Assembly (NCBI GenBank): GCA_016181005.1
Contig: JACPAE010000004.1
Span: 78,646 to 142,645, forward strand
Direction: 5' to 3'
From: Candidatus Aenigmatarchaeota archaeon
GTDB taxonomy: Archaea; Aenigmatarchaeota; Aenigmatarchaeia; CG10238-14; SCSR01
Length of the DNA: 64,000 nucleotides
This document shows, one piece after another, positions 18,572 to 28,941 of this stretch (positions within the stretch are counted from its first letter, which is position 1; each line of letters begins with the position of its first letter). The notes beneath the pieces are model-generated. The model was not told the DNA's origin. It did not search any database and was given only the letters and a program-made list of their open reading frames with translations. A program made the position numbers and the translations under genes.

Positions 18572-19442
18572 TAGATTTTATAAAGAATTCTCCTGCACGG
18601 TAAGAGCTCCTGACAAAGGGCCCAGAGGCCACATACTTGAATCCCAGCTCCTCACCTTTCTTTTTATAAAATTCAAATTTTTCTGGCGGTACATAAGCTG
18701 TCACTTCTATGTGCTTCAAACTCGGCCTTAGATATTGCCCAACCGTTAGAAAGTCAACGTCGATATCCTTCAAAGCCTCCATGGCCTCTATGACTTCCTC
18801 TTGGTTTTCACCGAAGCCAACTATTATAGAAGATTTTGTGAATATTCTCGGATTCATTTTCTTGACATTCTTCAAAACACCCAACGACTGCTCATAACCA
18901 GCTCTTCTATCACGAACCTTTCCCTGCAATCTTTTTACCGTCTCAACGTTATGTGCAATAACCTGAGGCCCGGCGTCAACAATCTTTTTCAAACATTCTT
19001 CATCGCCTTGGAAGTCAGGTATGAGAACTTCCACTAGGACATTAGGGTCCTGTTCTTTTACAGATCGTATACATTCGGCAAAATGCCCGGATCCTTGGTC
19101 AGGCAAGTCGTCCCGGTCGACTGATGTTATCACGACATAATCCAGTTTCAGCTCTTTAACAGCCATCGCCAGCATCTTCGGTTCCCAAGGATTCAAAGGC
19201 AGAGGATTACGCCCCTTGTCAACATTGCAGAATCTGCAGCCCCTTGTGCAAGTGTCTCCAAGCACCATGAAGGTGGCAGTCCCACCATCCCAACATTCAG
19301 GAATATTCGGGCAGTGAGATTCTTCACATACAGTAACTAGTCCATGCCTTCTAAGAATTTCACGCAATTCCAGTATTCGTTGATTCTTTTCAGGTAGCTT
19401 GATTTTTAACCAAGAAGGTTTTCCTCTGCTGGCTAACGTCAT
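18555..19442 (-). CDS. lipA: Lipoyl synthase
   Basis: CEESHCPNIPEC and CTRGCRFC clusters, RSSY. Confidence 0.95.
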   Translation of the reverse strand: MTLASRGKPSWLKIKLPEKNQRILELREILRRHGLVTVCEESHCPNIPECWDGGTATFMVLGDTCTRGCRFCNVDKGRNPLPLNPWEPKMLAMAVKELKLDYVVITSVDRDDLPDQGSGHFAECIRSVKEQDPNVLVEVLIPDFQGDEECLKKIVDAGPQVIAHNVETVKRLQGKVRDRRAGYEQSLGVLKNVKKMNPRIFTKSSIIVGFGENQEEVIEAMEALKDIDVDFLTVGQYLRPSLKHIEVTAYVPPEKFEFYKKKGEELGFKYVASGPFVRSSYRAGEFFIKSIVQNQ

Positions 19443-19478
19443 AACATCTTTTAATAAATAAAACAATAGCAGATAAAT

Positions 19479-20255
19479 ATGAAAACAGCTTATTTGCTGA
19501 ATCTAGGGATTGTAGATTACCGAGAAAGCCTGGATATTCAGGAGCAACTAGCTTATCTAAGGCAGGCCGGAAGAATTGAAGATACTTTGATTCTGTTAGA
19601 ACATCCATCTTGCGTAACGTTTGGCAGACGAGCACATCCTAAGAATAAGAAATCTGAGATGGTTAAAATTCCACTTGAAGAGTTGGAAAGAAGGATTCCT
19701 GTATATGATGTTGGCAGAGGCGGGTTTGTTACTTATCATGAACCTGGTCAGCTAGTCGCATACCCAATTCTAAACTTTTCTAATCTGTCGAATGGTGTAC
19801 ACGTTCCTTTTGTAGATACCCTAAGAACTTTAGTTAGATACGTGAATGGACTAGAAGAAGTTATGATACGGGTTGCAAGATCGTATGGAATAGATTTGGT
19901 ACGAAAAAAGGCATTGGATACAAGAAGTTTGTTTAGGCATGTTGGTGTCTGGAACGATGATTCTATTAAGATGAGGAAAGTGGGGTCTATAGGCGTAGAG
20001 ACAAGATCATATCCTAACATGAAGGTAACTATGCATGGATTCGCCTTTAATGTAAATAATTCTTTGGAACTGAGCAATCTGATTTACCCTTGTGGTTTGG
20101 ATGTGGAAGAGCTTTCGCTTGAAAGAATAGCAGGTTATGCATTGCCTATCGAAGATGTACGGAGAAATGTAGTCGAAAATTTTGCCGACCTGTTTGAATA
20201 TGATATTAAAGAAGTTAAACTAGAAGATATTCTTTTAGAACCTGCTACAGTCTGA
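19479..20255 (+). CDS. lipB: Octanoyltransferase LipB
   Basis: LEHP, RGGFVTYHEPGQLVAYPI, KVGSIG, HGFAFN, PCG. Confidence 0.88.
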   Translation: MKTAYLLNLGIVDYRESLDIQEQLAYLRQAGRIEDTLILLEHPSCVTFGRRAHPKNKKSEMVKIPLEELERRIPVYDVGRGGFVTYHEPGQLVAYPILNFSNLSNGVHVPFVDTLRTLVRYVNGLEEVMIRVARSYGIDLVRKKALDTRSLFRHVGVWNDDSIKMRKVGSIGVETRSYPNMKVTMHGFAFNVNNSLELSNLIYPCGLDVEELSLERIAGYALPIEDVRRNVVENFADLFEYDIKEVKLEDILLEPATV

Positions 20256-20522
20256 CTATTTCCCTAAAGCCCATTTCTTCAAAACCTCATAGTCAACAGC
20301 GCCGCAAATCTTCTTCCCTGTTTTTGTGTTGTAAAAGAATGGGACGCCTCCACAGAAGCCTTTGTCAATGCCTTCCATGAATCTAGCATTGGCAGCATTG
20401 TGCCAGACTTCTATTCTCTTAACTTTAACACCTTCCTCCTTTTCCAGCCTCTCAACCAAAGGCCTCATCTCGTGGCAATGTACGCACTCTACACCGTAAA
20501 ACTCCAACAGGTCGTCAGCCAT
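20256..20522 (-). CDS. Thioredoxin-like protein
   Basis: ECVHC and CGGVPFF. Confidence 0.8.
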   Translation of the reverse strand: MADDLLEFYGVECVHCHEMRPLVERLEKEEGVKVKRIEVWHNAANARFMEGIDKGFCGGVPFFYNTKTGKKICGAVDYEVLKKWALGK

Positions 20523-20583
20523 TATTCTCAAAATAGTTTTTGTATTAAACCCATAAATATCTTCCTTTTAACAAATCATTGTT

Positions 20584-21699
20584 ATGCGCGTTATAATGCA
20601 TGTTGATATAGATTCCTTTTATGCTTCGATAGAACAGAGAGACAACCTTAGGCTAAGAGGATTGCCGATAGCAGTAAGACTCGGTAAGAGTGAGGTAATA
20701 GCATCGGCAAGCTATGAAGCGAAATCATTTGGTGTGAGGTCAGAAATGGACATTTCTGATGCTGCCTTGTTGTGTCCCGAGTTGCAACTTATAGAAGCTG
20801 ATCTTGAGAAATATGCCGAGGCATCAAGAATATTTCAACAGACTTGTATAGCTAGATGCAGAGAATTCGAGCCCTATTCTGTTTCGGGTATTCCAGAGGA
20901 AGGCTGGTTTGATTATACAGATAAAATAGAGAGTTGGGAAGAAGGGGAGGAAGAAGCAAAATCTCTGAAAACAGATATTAGAAATAATACTGGCTTGACA
21001 TCGTCTGCTGGTGTAGCGTATGCAAAAATACCTGCAAAGATGGCGTCTGATTACGATAAACCTGACGGTCTGACCATTGTTAGAAACAGGGAAGAATTTG
21101 CTTCTTTGTTCCACGATAAAGGCGCAAGGGACTTGTTTGGTGTTGGGCATGCTATAGAGAAAAGATTGAAAGCGTTAGGTATACAAACTATAGGCGATAT
21201 AGCGAAACAAAGTCCGGATTATCTTGTTGAGCATTTCAAAACCGTCAGAGGCACCTATCTATATCTTATTTCTCGGGGTATAGACGAATGGGAAGTTAAC
21301 CCATCCTATAGTCTTGCTCATATTCCAAAATCAATTGGCAGAGGAAAAACAGTAAGAAGAAGAGGCACGAAGAATTTCGATATGATCGCCGATGTTTTGA
21401 GAGAGTTAAGCCGGCAAGTTGGTGCCAGCCTTCGAGGAAATGGCTATTACTTCAAAACAGCTACTGTTGAAATCAGTGGATTTAATTCATATGGGAAAAG
21501 AATAAGATTATCTAGAAATAGAACTTTCGATTATCATACAAATGATTGGAGAGACCTTTACGATGCAGCTGTGAGAATGCTTTATAATGAATCGAACCAG
21601 CAACAGATAAGTGTGATAAAAATAGGCGTGAGAGCTGGGAAAATTACGCAAGAACAGCAACTTACGCTTTTCAATCTAAGAGATTACAAAGTATTGTAA
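20584..21699 (+). CDS. dinB: Y-family DNA polymerase IV-like
   Basis: HVDIDSFYASIE, ASYEAK.FGV, AKMASDYDKPDG, HhH GVG; atypical motif III. Confidence 0.85.
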   Translation: MRVIMHVDIDSFYASIEQRDNLRLRGLPIAVRLGKSEVIASASYEAKSFGVRSEMDISDAALLCPELQLIEADLEKYAEASRIFQQTCIARCREFEPYSVSGIPEEGWFDYTDKIESWEEGEEEAKSLKTDIRNNTGLTSSAGVAYAKIPAKMASDYDKPDGLTIVRNREEFASLFHDKGARDLFGVGHAIEKRLKALGIQTIGDIAKQSPDYLVEHFKTVRGTYLYLISRGIDEWEVNPSYSLAHIPKSIGRGKTVRRRGTKNFDMIADVLRELSRQVGASLRGNGYYFKTATVEISGFNSYGKRIRLSRNRTFDYHTNDWRDLYDAAVRMLYNESNQQQISVIKIGVRAGKITQEQQLTLFNLRDYKVL

Positions 21700-23045
21700 T
21701 ATTCAACCAGATGCTTGACAGCCTTCACAGCATCCTCTGGAAAGGTGTAAGTCGGAATACCGTTTGCCTCCAGATTCTTCCTCATAACCTCTGTAAACTC
21801 GCCTCCGGCGGAGACAACAACCAGAGGCTTTTTCTTCAGGTCGTTCGCCTCGACCAGCACGTCAATGATATCAGTAGCTATAAGCGGAGTCTGAACAAGC
21901 ACAATTACAAGGAGGACGTCGACATTCTTGTCTTTCATGAATGCATCTATACAGGTCTTGTACATGCCCGAAGTGGCGTCGCCGGCCAAGTCCAGCGGAT
22001 TCCCGACATTGATTATCGGCGACAGCTGCTTCCTCAGCCCTTTCACAGTCTCTCTGCCCAGCTGTGCCATTTCCACGCCATCTTTTGCCGCCTCGTCCAC
22101 CGCAAGGATGCCGTACCCACCGCCGTTGGTTATTACCTGCAGCCTCCCGCCTTTCGGTTTAATACACTTCTCCAACATCTTGGCATAATCAAACATGTCC
22201 TCCAGAGTCTCAGCACGGATGACTCCCGCCTGCTTGAAAGCGCCGAAATAGACATCTGCACTGCCTGCAAGGGAGCCTGTGTGCGATAAAGCAGCTTTTG
22301 CACCAGCCTCAGTCACACCGCCTTTGATAGCTATTATCGGCTTTTTCCTCGAGACCTTCCTGCACGCTTCAAGAAACTTCCTGCCATTCTTGACAGCTTC
22401 GATGTAAAGGCATATGATCTTTGTCTTCTCGTCATTGCCAAGGTACTCGATCAAGTCCGACTCATCAACATCAATGTCGTTGCCGTAGCTGATGAACTTT
22501 GCAAAGCCGTGTCCCTCGCTTGTAGCCAAGTCGACTATGGACGAGCCAACAGCTCCTGACTGGCAGACGAACGAAATCACACCTTCTTTTGGCCTAGTCA
22601 TCCTGTAGCGGGGCAAGAATAAAGAATCTATCTTTGAATATGCGTCAAAAACCCCCAGCGCATTGGGCCCAATAACGCTCAACTTGTGTTTCTTAATTAC
22701 AGCCTCCAATTTCCTCTGCAATCTCATATTTCCGACTTCCTTAAAGCCGGCACTTACAATTATGATGTTATGAATTTTTTTCCTGCCACATTCTTCCAAG
22801 ACCCTGGGAACAAGCTCTGCAGGCACAGCAACAATTGCCAACTCAATACTTTCTTCTATGTCAAGCACTGAAGGATAAGAGTGATAATTCAAAATGCTCT
22901 CTATATTAGGGTTGATAACAAACAATCTCCCGCTGTAACCGCCGTCGATAAAGTTCCTAAATATAACATGACCTACTTTGTTCGGATCCCGTGAGACACC
23001 TATGATTGCTATGCTATTGGCGTTGAAGAACTTGTCCAGGGTCAT
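21684..23045 (-). CDS. acdA: ADP-forming acetyl-CoA synthetase alpha subunit
   Basis: CoA-binding fold, QSGA, SHTGSLAG phospho-His motif, NPLDL. Confidence 0.9.
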   Translation of the reverse strand: MTLDKFFNANSIAIIGVSRDPNKVGHVIFRNFIDGGYSGRLFVINPNIESILNYHSYPSVLDIEESIELAIVAVPAELVPRVLEECGRKKIHNIIIVSAGFKEVGNMRLQRKLEAVIKKHKLSVIGPNALGVFDAYSKIDSLFLPRYRMTRPKEGVISFVCQSGAVGSSIVDLATSEGHGFAKFISYGNDIDVDESDLIEYLGNDEKTKIICLYIEAVKNGRKFLEACRKVSRKKPIIAIKGGVTEAGAKAALSHTGSLAGSADVYFGAFKQAGVIRAETLEDMFDYAKMLEKCIKPKGGRLQVITNGGGYGILAVDEAAKDGVEMAQLGRETVKGLRKQLSPIINVGNPLDLAGDATSGMYKTCIDAFMKDKNVDVLLVIVLVQTPLIATDIIDVLVEANDLKKKPLVVVSAGGEFTEVMRKNLEANGIPTYTFPEDAVKAVKHLVEYYNTL

Positions 23046-23086
23046 TATACCACTAAAGTAATTTGAACTTTTTTAAATAATTAATT

Positions 23087-23107
23087 CCACTGGTCTGTGA
23101 CCAGTGG
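23087..23107. other. Perfect inverted repeat CCACTGGTC-tgt-GACCAGTGG
   Basis: 9-bp stem, 3-nt loop, between the accessory gene pair and the acdA promoter. Confidence 0.6.
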
Positions 23108-23130
23108 TTAAACTGTCATATAAAGTACTT

Positions 23131-23466
23131 TTACGCTTTCAGCGGTATCATCAACACATCCTTTTCTATTTCAGGTTTCTTTACTTTTCCTGTTCTTACC
23201 AAACTCAACAAGCCGTAATTCTCAAGAAGGCCCAAATCTCTCGAGACCGACTCTATAGGGCGTTTAACGAGTCTGGCCAATTCACCAACTGATTTAGGTT
23301 TCTTTTCTCTTATTTCTCTTACTAACTCCATTCTGCTTGGTGTAAGAACTTTCTCTAGAGTGCCCTTGCTTAAATTGATGACTAGGACCCTGCTTGGGGA
23401 TAGTTCAGGCTTTTCCAAAGCAAAGTCTATCATTCTACTCACCATTCTATCGGTTCTATCCATCAT
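23131..23466 (-). CDS. HTH transcriptional regulator / putative antitoxin
   Basis: VLTPSRMEL...SVGELARLVKR...VSRDL..LE..GL winged-HTH. Confidence 0.8.
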   Translation of the reverse strand: MMDRTDRMVSRMIDFALEKPELSPSRVLVINLSKGTLEKVLTPSRMELVREIREKKPKSVGELARLVKRPIESVSRDLGLLENYGLLSLVRTGKVKKPEIEKDVLMIPLKA

Positions 23467-23792
23467 ATATCACCTCTTTTTCTCGCTTCTTTGAAAAGTT
23501 TAATCCATCTTTCATAGTTTTCAAACACCTCTTTCTTCTTTTCTACGAATGCTGAGTTATAGTCCGTCTCTAGTGCTTTCGGCTTGGGTGATATCCAGAA
23601 TCTTTGCTCATGCAGATATTCGTGCTTTGTATCTACTCGGAATACGTCAGTAGACCTCCCGCCTTCCAAAAGGCTGACGTTGATCGCAAAGTCTGTTATC
23701 TTCCCTCTTTTTATCACCCACCTGAAATCAAGTCTCGCCGCATCGCCTTCGGGTATATCTTTTATTTCAGTTATATGGAATTCCTGTTCCAT
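23463..23792 (-). CDS. Putative toxin (DUF6516/TumE-like)
   Basis: R.DTKHEYLH motif, overlaps the HTH gene. Confidence 0.5.
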   Translation of the reverse strand: MEQEFHITEIKDIPEGDAARLDFRWVIKRGKITDFAINVSLLEGGRSTDVFRVDTKHEYLHEQRFWISPKPKALETDYNSAFVEKKKEVFENYERWIKLFKEARKRGDI

Positions 23793-24079
23793 TATATAAC
23801 CTCATATATCAATTAACATGTAGAGTTAAGTATTTAAACTTGATGCCAACCGACTTGTCAAAATTTCAACCTCTCCTGCAACAGAACCCTAAAGTGAACG
23901 TAAACAAAAATAAATGCCGAACTAAAATCCTAAAAATTAGTTTGACACAGAGACGTACATATTCGTATCACCAGATCTTCCAATACGTGTTATTTGTCGT
24001 TCAGCGCCTTTAAAGGTTGCGATGAACACTGTCATCAGAAACCCTAAATAATAAACAGTTCAAAACCAAAATCATCTAT

Positions 24080-24703
24080 ATGAAAGTTCTCCTAGGCAAG
24101 GACGCCGAAAAATTCCTTAAAGGGCTTCCGCTTGCCAAGAGCTTCCTTGTAAAAGACAGCAAGGAACTGGACAAGAACAGGCGATATCCCGTCGTCATGA
24201 AGATAATCTCGCCGCAGGCCATCCACAAAACCGAAATAAAGGGCGTCCAAACAGCCGACACCAAACGAGAAGCGCAAGACATTATCAACAATTTCATGAA
24301 AACAATCAAATCGAAAAGAATTAAGCTGACAGGGATTTTGGTCCAAGAACATGTTAAAGGAAGGGAGTTCATCGTAGGAGTCAAGAAGGACCCGACTTTT
24401 GGCCATGTTATAATGTTCGGTGCCGGCGGAATTTTTGTCGAATCTCTGAAGGACGTAACATTCAGAGTATGTCCTATAAGTGACAGTGATGCAGATTCGA
24501 TGTTAGCAGATTTAAAAAATCAATGGCTAATCTCCGGTGCAAGAGGCCAAAAACCTATTAAAGCTAAATTATTAAAACAGGTTCTCGTTAAAGTTTCAAA
24601 ATTACCGCAAAAAAACAAAAGAATACAAGAGCTTGATATAAACCCTTTGATTGCGAATGAGAAAGAGGCTAAGATAGCAGATGTTAGAATTGTGCTTAGC
24701 TAA
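24080..24703 (+). CDS. acdB: ADP-forming acetyl-CoA synthetase beta subunit
   Basis: ATP-grasp: YPVVMK...HKTE, DPTFG, ELDINP. Confidence 0.88.
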   Translation: MKVLLGKDAEKFLKGLPLAKSFLVKDSKELDKNRRYPVVMKIISPQAIHKTEIKGVQTADTKREAQDIINNFMKTIKSKRIKLTGILVQEHVKGREFIVGVKKDPTFGHVIMFGAGGIFVESLKDVTFRVCPISDSDADSMLADLKNQWLISGARGQKPIKAKLLKQVLVKVSKLPQKNKRIQELDINPLIANEKEAKIADVRIVLS

Positions 24704-24713
24704 ACTGATGCCG

Positions 24714-25034
24714 TCACAACCTCTGTTCTTGAAGTTCGGCATATTTCACCACTTTTACGCCAGTCATGGCACGCCAATTATCAAATACAGCCCTAGTCAC
24801 ACCAAAACGAGAGTAAACAGGTTGAAAGCCTTCTCTTCCATAATGATTAATTACGACTGCAAGAACTCTTCCCAAAACGCTCGTCTTTTCGCCATCATAA
24901 AGATCGAAATTATAACCTAAATCACCTGGTAGCTCATTTAGGACAGACGACTCTTCTAACTCCCGTCTGAGGTCACCATCCATAGCAGCTTGTATAACAA
25001 ATTTTCTCTGTTGGTCAGTAAGTCCTAATGTCAT
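24714..25034 (-). CDS. Hypothetical protein
   Basis: 106-aa ORF with upstream TTTAAAT. Confidence 0.45.
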   Translation of the reverse strand: MTLGLTDQQRKFVIQAAMDGDLRRELEESSVLNELPGDLGYNFDLYDGEKTSVLGRVLAVVINHYGREGFQPVYSRFGVTRAVFDNWRAMTGVKVVKYAELQEQRL

Positions 25035-25068
25035 ATTATATGCATGGTAATAAGGGATTTAAAGCCTT

Positions 25069-26199
25069 TTATTTCCTAACTCTTTCCTGCGCTATCCTTA
25101 AAGCAGCATCTCTCGGCTTCACATCCTCTTTCCCAGCTCTGTCCAAAACCAACTTAACATTCTTCTTAATCTTCTTTTCCACGAGTTCAAACATCCTCTT
25201 AGGGTTCTGCCCTCGGTATTCGGCATAGGAAGAAATCACGCCGCCGGCATTTGCAACAAAATCAGGAACTACAAGAACACCTCTTTTATGTAAAATAGCC
25301 TCAATTTCAGGTGTTGTTGGAATATTCCCAGCCTCAACCACAATCCTAGCTTTAATTTTATCCATGTTCTCCTTAGTAATAACATCAGGCAGTGCCGCCG
25401 GGATTAAAACGTCAACAGGCAGTTCGAAGATTTCCTTGTTGCGCAATAATTTTGCAGATTTGTAATTGACCACGCTGCCTGCCCTTTCCTTAACTTTGAC
25501 CAACTTCTTAACATCCAAACCCTTCTCATTGTAAGCAACACCTCTACTGTCACTAACAGCTACAATCTTTGCCCCAAAATCATCTAGGTAACTCGACGCA
25601 AAAGTGCCGACATTCCCGAATCCTTCTATCGCAACTGTCGCACCGTTAATATCCAAACCTATATGCTTCGCAGCTACAACAGTAGCATGCGCGACTCCGA
25701 ATCCGGTAGAGCCATATTCATGCGGTATGCCGCACTTCTCGCCTTTCTTTCCAAATAAATTCATGCAAACATTTGCAGGTTTTCCGGTACATGCCCTCCA
25801 GTCACCATTAGCTTCAAAGAACCACTGCATTTCTTGCTCGCCTGTATTAACATCAGGTCCTGCTATGTAAAGCTTGGGTACAAGAGGCTTCAATGCTCTA
25901 GAAAATGCTTGTATCAGAACCTTCTTTCTTACCTTGTTTTTAATGTCCTCAGGCGAGGCTTTAATCCCAGCTTTCGCCCCACCAAACGGCAGTTCAGCTA
26001 AGGCACATTTCCATGTCATTGTTCGTGCAAGCCGAAAGACTTCAGCAACATCTACAGTAGGAGTCATCCTAATCCCGCCTTTTCCCGGACCTAGGGAGGT
26101 CGAGTCTATAATTAAGATTCCATTCAGGCCGATTTTCTTGTCGTAAACCTCAACAACATACTCAGGGCCAAACTCATCAGCAAACTCTTCAAGTTCCAT
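25069..26199 (-). CDS. Glu/Leu/Phe/Val dehydrogenase
   Basis: KGGIR, MTWK, GGAK, GFGNVG, NAGGV motifs. Confidence 0.9.
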   Translation of the reverse strand: MELEEFADEFGPEYVVEVYDKKIGLNGILIIDSTSLGPGKGGIRMTPTVDVAEVFRLARTMTWKCALAELPFGGAKAGIKASPEDIKNKVRKKVLIQAFSRALKPLVPKLYIAGPDVNTGEQEMQWFFEANGDWRACTGKPANVCMNLFGKKGEKCGIPHEYGSTGFGVAHATVVAAKHIGLDINGATVAIEGFGNVGTFASSYLDDFGAKIVAVSDSRGVAYNEKGLDVKKLVKVKERAGSVVNYKSAKLLRNKEIFELPVDVLIPAALPDVITKENMDKIKARIVVEAGNIPTTPEIEAILHKRGVLVVPDFVANAGGVISSYAEYRGQNPKRMFELVEKKIKKNVKLVLDRAGKEDVKPRDAALRIAQERVRK

Positions 26200-26251
26200 G
26201 ACATAACTATATATTGCCAGAATAAAAACTTTGTATTTAAACGGCGATTTA

Positions 26252-27391
26252 ATGCCTCGATTAAAATATCCGTATGAATTTGATCCGGAAAAAAGGAGAA
26301 TAGCAAAAACCTACAGGAGAGGCCGGCTGCTGATTTTCCTTTTCAGCATCCTGCTTTCAACCAGCCTTATTCTGTTCATTCTTTCAACTGGCTATCACAT
26401 CACACTCAAGCAACTGGTTGCACAGTATCCATCGCAAACAATTTTCTACGCACTTACATTCCTATTTATCATAACCATCTTCAAATTTCCACTCACATTC
26501 TATTCGTCATACATCTACGAGCATAAGTTCAAACTCTCCCGGTATTCAATCCTGTCATGGCTCAAGGACTTTGTTAAGATGACTCTGCTAGGGTACGTCA
26601 TTTCACTAATCCTCATCTACTTCCTCTACACGACAATCAGAACTTTCTCCGCTTGGTGGCTGTTTGCAGGCATGCTATATGCAATCTTCATGACCGTCAT
26701 GAATTACATTTATCCTCTAGTCATCCTGCCGTTCATGTGGAAAGTGGAGCCCTACAAGGACAGTAGAATGAAGCAGAAGATTCTCAAGCTCTGCAGAAGA
26801 CTTGGGGTTACCAGCATCAAGAACATAGTCGTGATAAAGGAGAGCGAGAAATCTGTCCGGCCGAATGCGGTATTTATGGGCTTTGGCAACTCTAGGAAGA
26901 TAGGGTTGTACGACACGCTTTTAGGCAGCTTTACCAAAGACGAGACGGAGACTGTTGTAGGACACGAGCTTGGGCATTACGTGAACAGGGACGTCTGGAA
27001 AGGGTTTGCAATCGAAGCGATTCTGATATTCCCGATGCTTTTTGCAGTAGATTATGTCGTCGATGTTTCCGGGCCTGCTTTTGGAATCTATTCCATAGCA
27101 GATATTTCTTCATTGCCGTTGATTGTTCTAACGTTCGGCATCTTGGACTTTTTGCTTGCGCCCATTGTCAATGCTTACTCCCGCCATAGGGAAGCTATGG
27201 CTGACGAGTTTGCGTTGGAGCATGTTAGGAAGCCTTTTGCCCAAGTCTCTACGGAGAAAAGATTGGCTGATATGGGCTTGTCTGACTCGAAGCCACACTG
27301 GCTTGTGGAGTTCTGGCTGTTCAATCATCCTGCAACGTTCAGGAGGATTAAGATGGCTGAGAGATGGAGGAAGAAGCTGAAAAATAGCTAA
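26252..27391 (+). CDS. M48 family (Ste24/HtpX-like) zinc metalloprotease
   Basis: HELGH, E..AD.FA, NHP motifs; multiple TM segments. Confidence 0.88.
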   Translation: MPRLKYPYEFDPEKRRIAKTYRRGRLLIFLFSILLSTSLILFILSTGYHITLKQLVAQYPSQTIFYALTFLFIITIFKFPLTFYSSYIYEHKFKLSRYSILSWLKDFVKMTLLGYVISLILIYFLYTTIRTFSAWWLFAGMLYAIFMTVMNYIYPLVILPFMWKVEPYKDSRMKQKILKLCRRLGVTSIKNIVVIKESEKSVRPNAVFMGFGNSRKIGLYDTLLGSFTKDETETVVGHELGHYVNRDVWKGFAIEAILIFPMLFAVDYVVDVSGPAFGIYSIADISSLPLIVLTFGILDFLLAPIVNAYSRHREAMADEFALEHVRKPFAQVSTEKRLADMGLSDSKPHWLVEFWLFNHPATFRRIKMAERWRKKLKNS

Positions 27392-27795
27392 TGAATCTAA
27401 ACTTTACCAACAACTATAAACTATGGTCAATTTACTTGGTTTGTTTGAACCTCGTCGAAAAGGCTGGAATTCAGCCGTTGATTTGTGATTTGGAAGATAT
27501 AATATTTTACTTAAGACACGAAACTAAGGGAAGCGAATCAGTTAGATGTAGAACACCGGGTAGAGTGCCGTTCAGTTATTCCACTTCTTTTTATAATCCT
27601 TCTGATAAAGATGATTTAGAAAATCTTGTTGATTATTTAGCCAGAGACTTTAGTGGATATGTTCCCTCAAATGGGTACGGAATAGGGACATATGAATCTT
27701 GGATAATGCCCAGAAAAAGACTAGAGAGACATAAGATATATTTAAGATCTGGAAGCAAGTCTGCAACTATTGAATGGGAAACCAAGGTTGAGTAA
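27391..27795 (+). CDS. Hypothetical protein
   Basis: 134-aa ORF abutting the M48 gene. Confidence 0.4.
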   Translation: MNLNFTNNYKLWSIYLVCLNLVEKAGIQPLICDLEDIIFYLRHETKGSESVRCRTPGRVPFSYSTSFYNPSDKDDLENLVDYLARDFSGYVPSNGYGIGTYESWIMPRKRLERHKIYLRSGSKSATIEWETKVE

Positions 27796-27796
27796 T

Positions 27797-28804
27797 TCAC
27801 TTCTTTTTCTTCGCAACCCAGTCAGCTACAAACGTAGGCTGCTGCCCAGCAAGATAGTTGTAAGCCTGAAGCGCGGCTTTGCATCCTTCCCCTGCAGAAA
27901 CTACAATCTGCTTGAATGGTGTTTGTGTTATATCACCTGCAGCAAAAATACCAGGTCTAACCTTGTCGCTATCAGGATAATATGTTTCTGCATTATTTGT
28001 AGCTAACACTTGTCCCATTTGATCCAGTTTAACCAAGTGCTTAATGAACTCAGTCTTGGTCACAGATCCAATCTCAACAAAAACTCCAGAAACAGGTATT
28101 TCCTTAGTTTCATTAGTCACAACATTCTGCAGGACAATTGAATGCACAGTCTGCTCACCTTTAATTTCCTTTACAATACTATTAAACAAAATTTCAATAT
28201 TCTCTCTTTTTTTGACCTCTTCAACTAAATACTCAAAACCTCTGAACTGATCTCTTCTGTGTATCAGGTAAACTTTAGGGCATATCTTACTAAGATACTC
28301 TGCACCTTCCAAAGCAGAATTGCCGCCACCAACTACAGCAACCTTCTTCCCTTTAAATAAGGGTCCGTCGCATACAGTGCAGTAAGATACACCCTTAGCT
28401 CCAAACTCACCTTCACCAGGTACATCCAATGTCCTAGGTGTTTTCCCATATGAAAGAATAACTGTTTTAGTTTTGTAAATATTTCCACTAGTCTTTACAG
28501 CAAACATCGGTTTACCATTGTTAGCATTAGGAATTTCTTCTATAACAGTCACCTCTTCATAAATAACTTCAGCCCCAGCTTTGATGGCTTGCTTTAGCAT
28601 CTTATTCATCAAAGGAATCCCGCCAACTGACATAAATCCAGGATAGTTCTCTATAACATCAGTCATCGCAGCCTGCCCACCAATGCTTTTGGCTATAACT
28701 AAAGTCTTCATCGCCCTTCTTGCAGCGTATATCGCGGCAGTCAAGGAAGCAGCCGCACCGCCGATAATGACAGAATCGTAGACAGTGTCAGTAATGTCAT
28801 CCAC
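27797..28804 (-). CDS. trxB: Thioredoxin reductase
   Basis: IENYPG, CTVCD, GGGNSA, HRRD, AAGD. Confidence 0.92.
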   Translation of the reverse strand: MDDITDTVYDSVIIGGAAASLTAAIYAARRAMKTLVIAKSIGGQAAMTDVIENYPGFMSVGGIPLMNKMLKQAIKAGAEVIYEEVTVIEEIPNANNGKPMFAVKTSGNIYKTKTVILSYGKTPRTLDVPGEGEFGAKGVSYCTVCDGPLFKGKKVAVVGGGNSALEGAEYLSKICPKVYLIHRRDQFRGFEYLVEEVKKRENIEILFNSIVKEIKGEQTVHSIVLQNVVTNETKEIPVSGVFVEIGSVTKTEFIKHLVKLDQMGQVLATNNAETYYPDSDKVRPGIFAAGDITQTPFKQIVVSAGEGCKAALQAYNYLAGQQPTFVADWVAKKKK

Positions 28805-28940
28805 CCTTTGCCTTCAAGATAACATCACACTGGTTGCACACGCCCGGCTTTTTGTAAAGCTTTTTGCATACGGTGCACTCGAAAACAAGCTGAGTATACG
28901 CTCCTACAAGATCATTTTCGTCATCATTTTTTCTCGGCAT
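28797..28940 (-). CDS. Small zinc-finger protein
   Basis: 47 aa, CTVC...PGVCNQC, in operon. Confidence 0.6.
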   Translation of the reverse strand: MPRKNDDENDLVGAYTQLVFECTVCKKLYKKPGVCNQCDVILKAKGG

Positions 28941-28941
28941 C

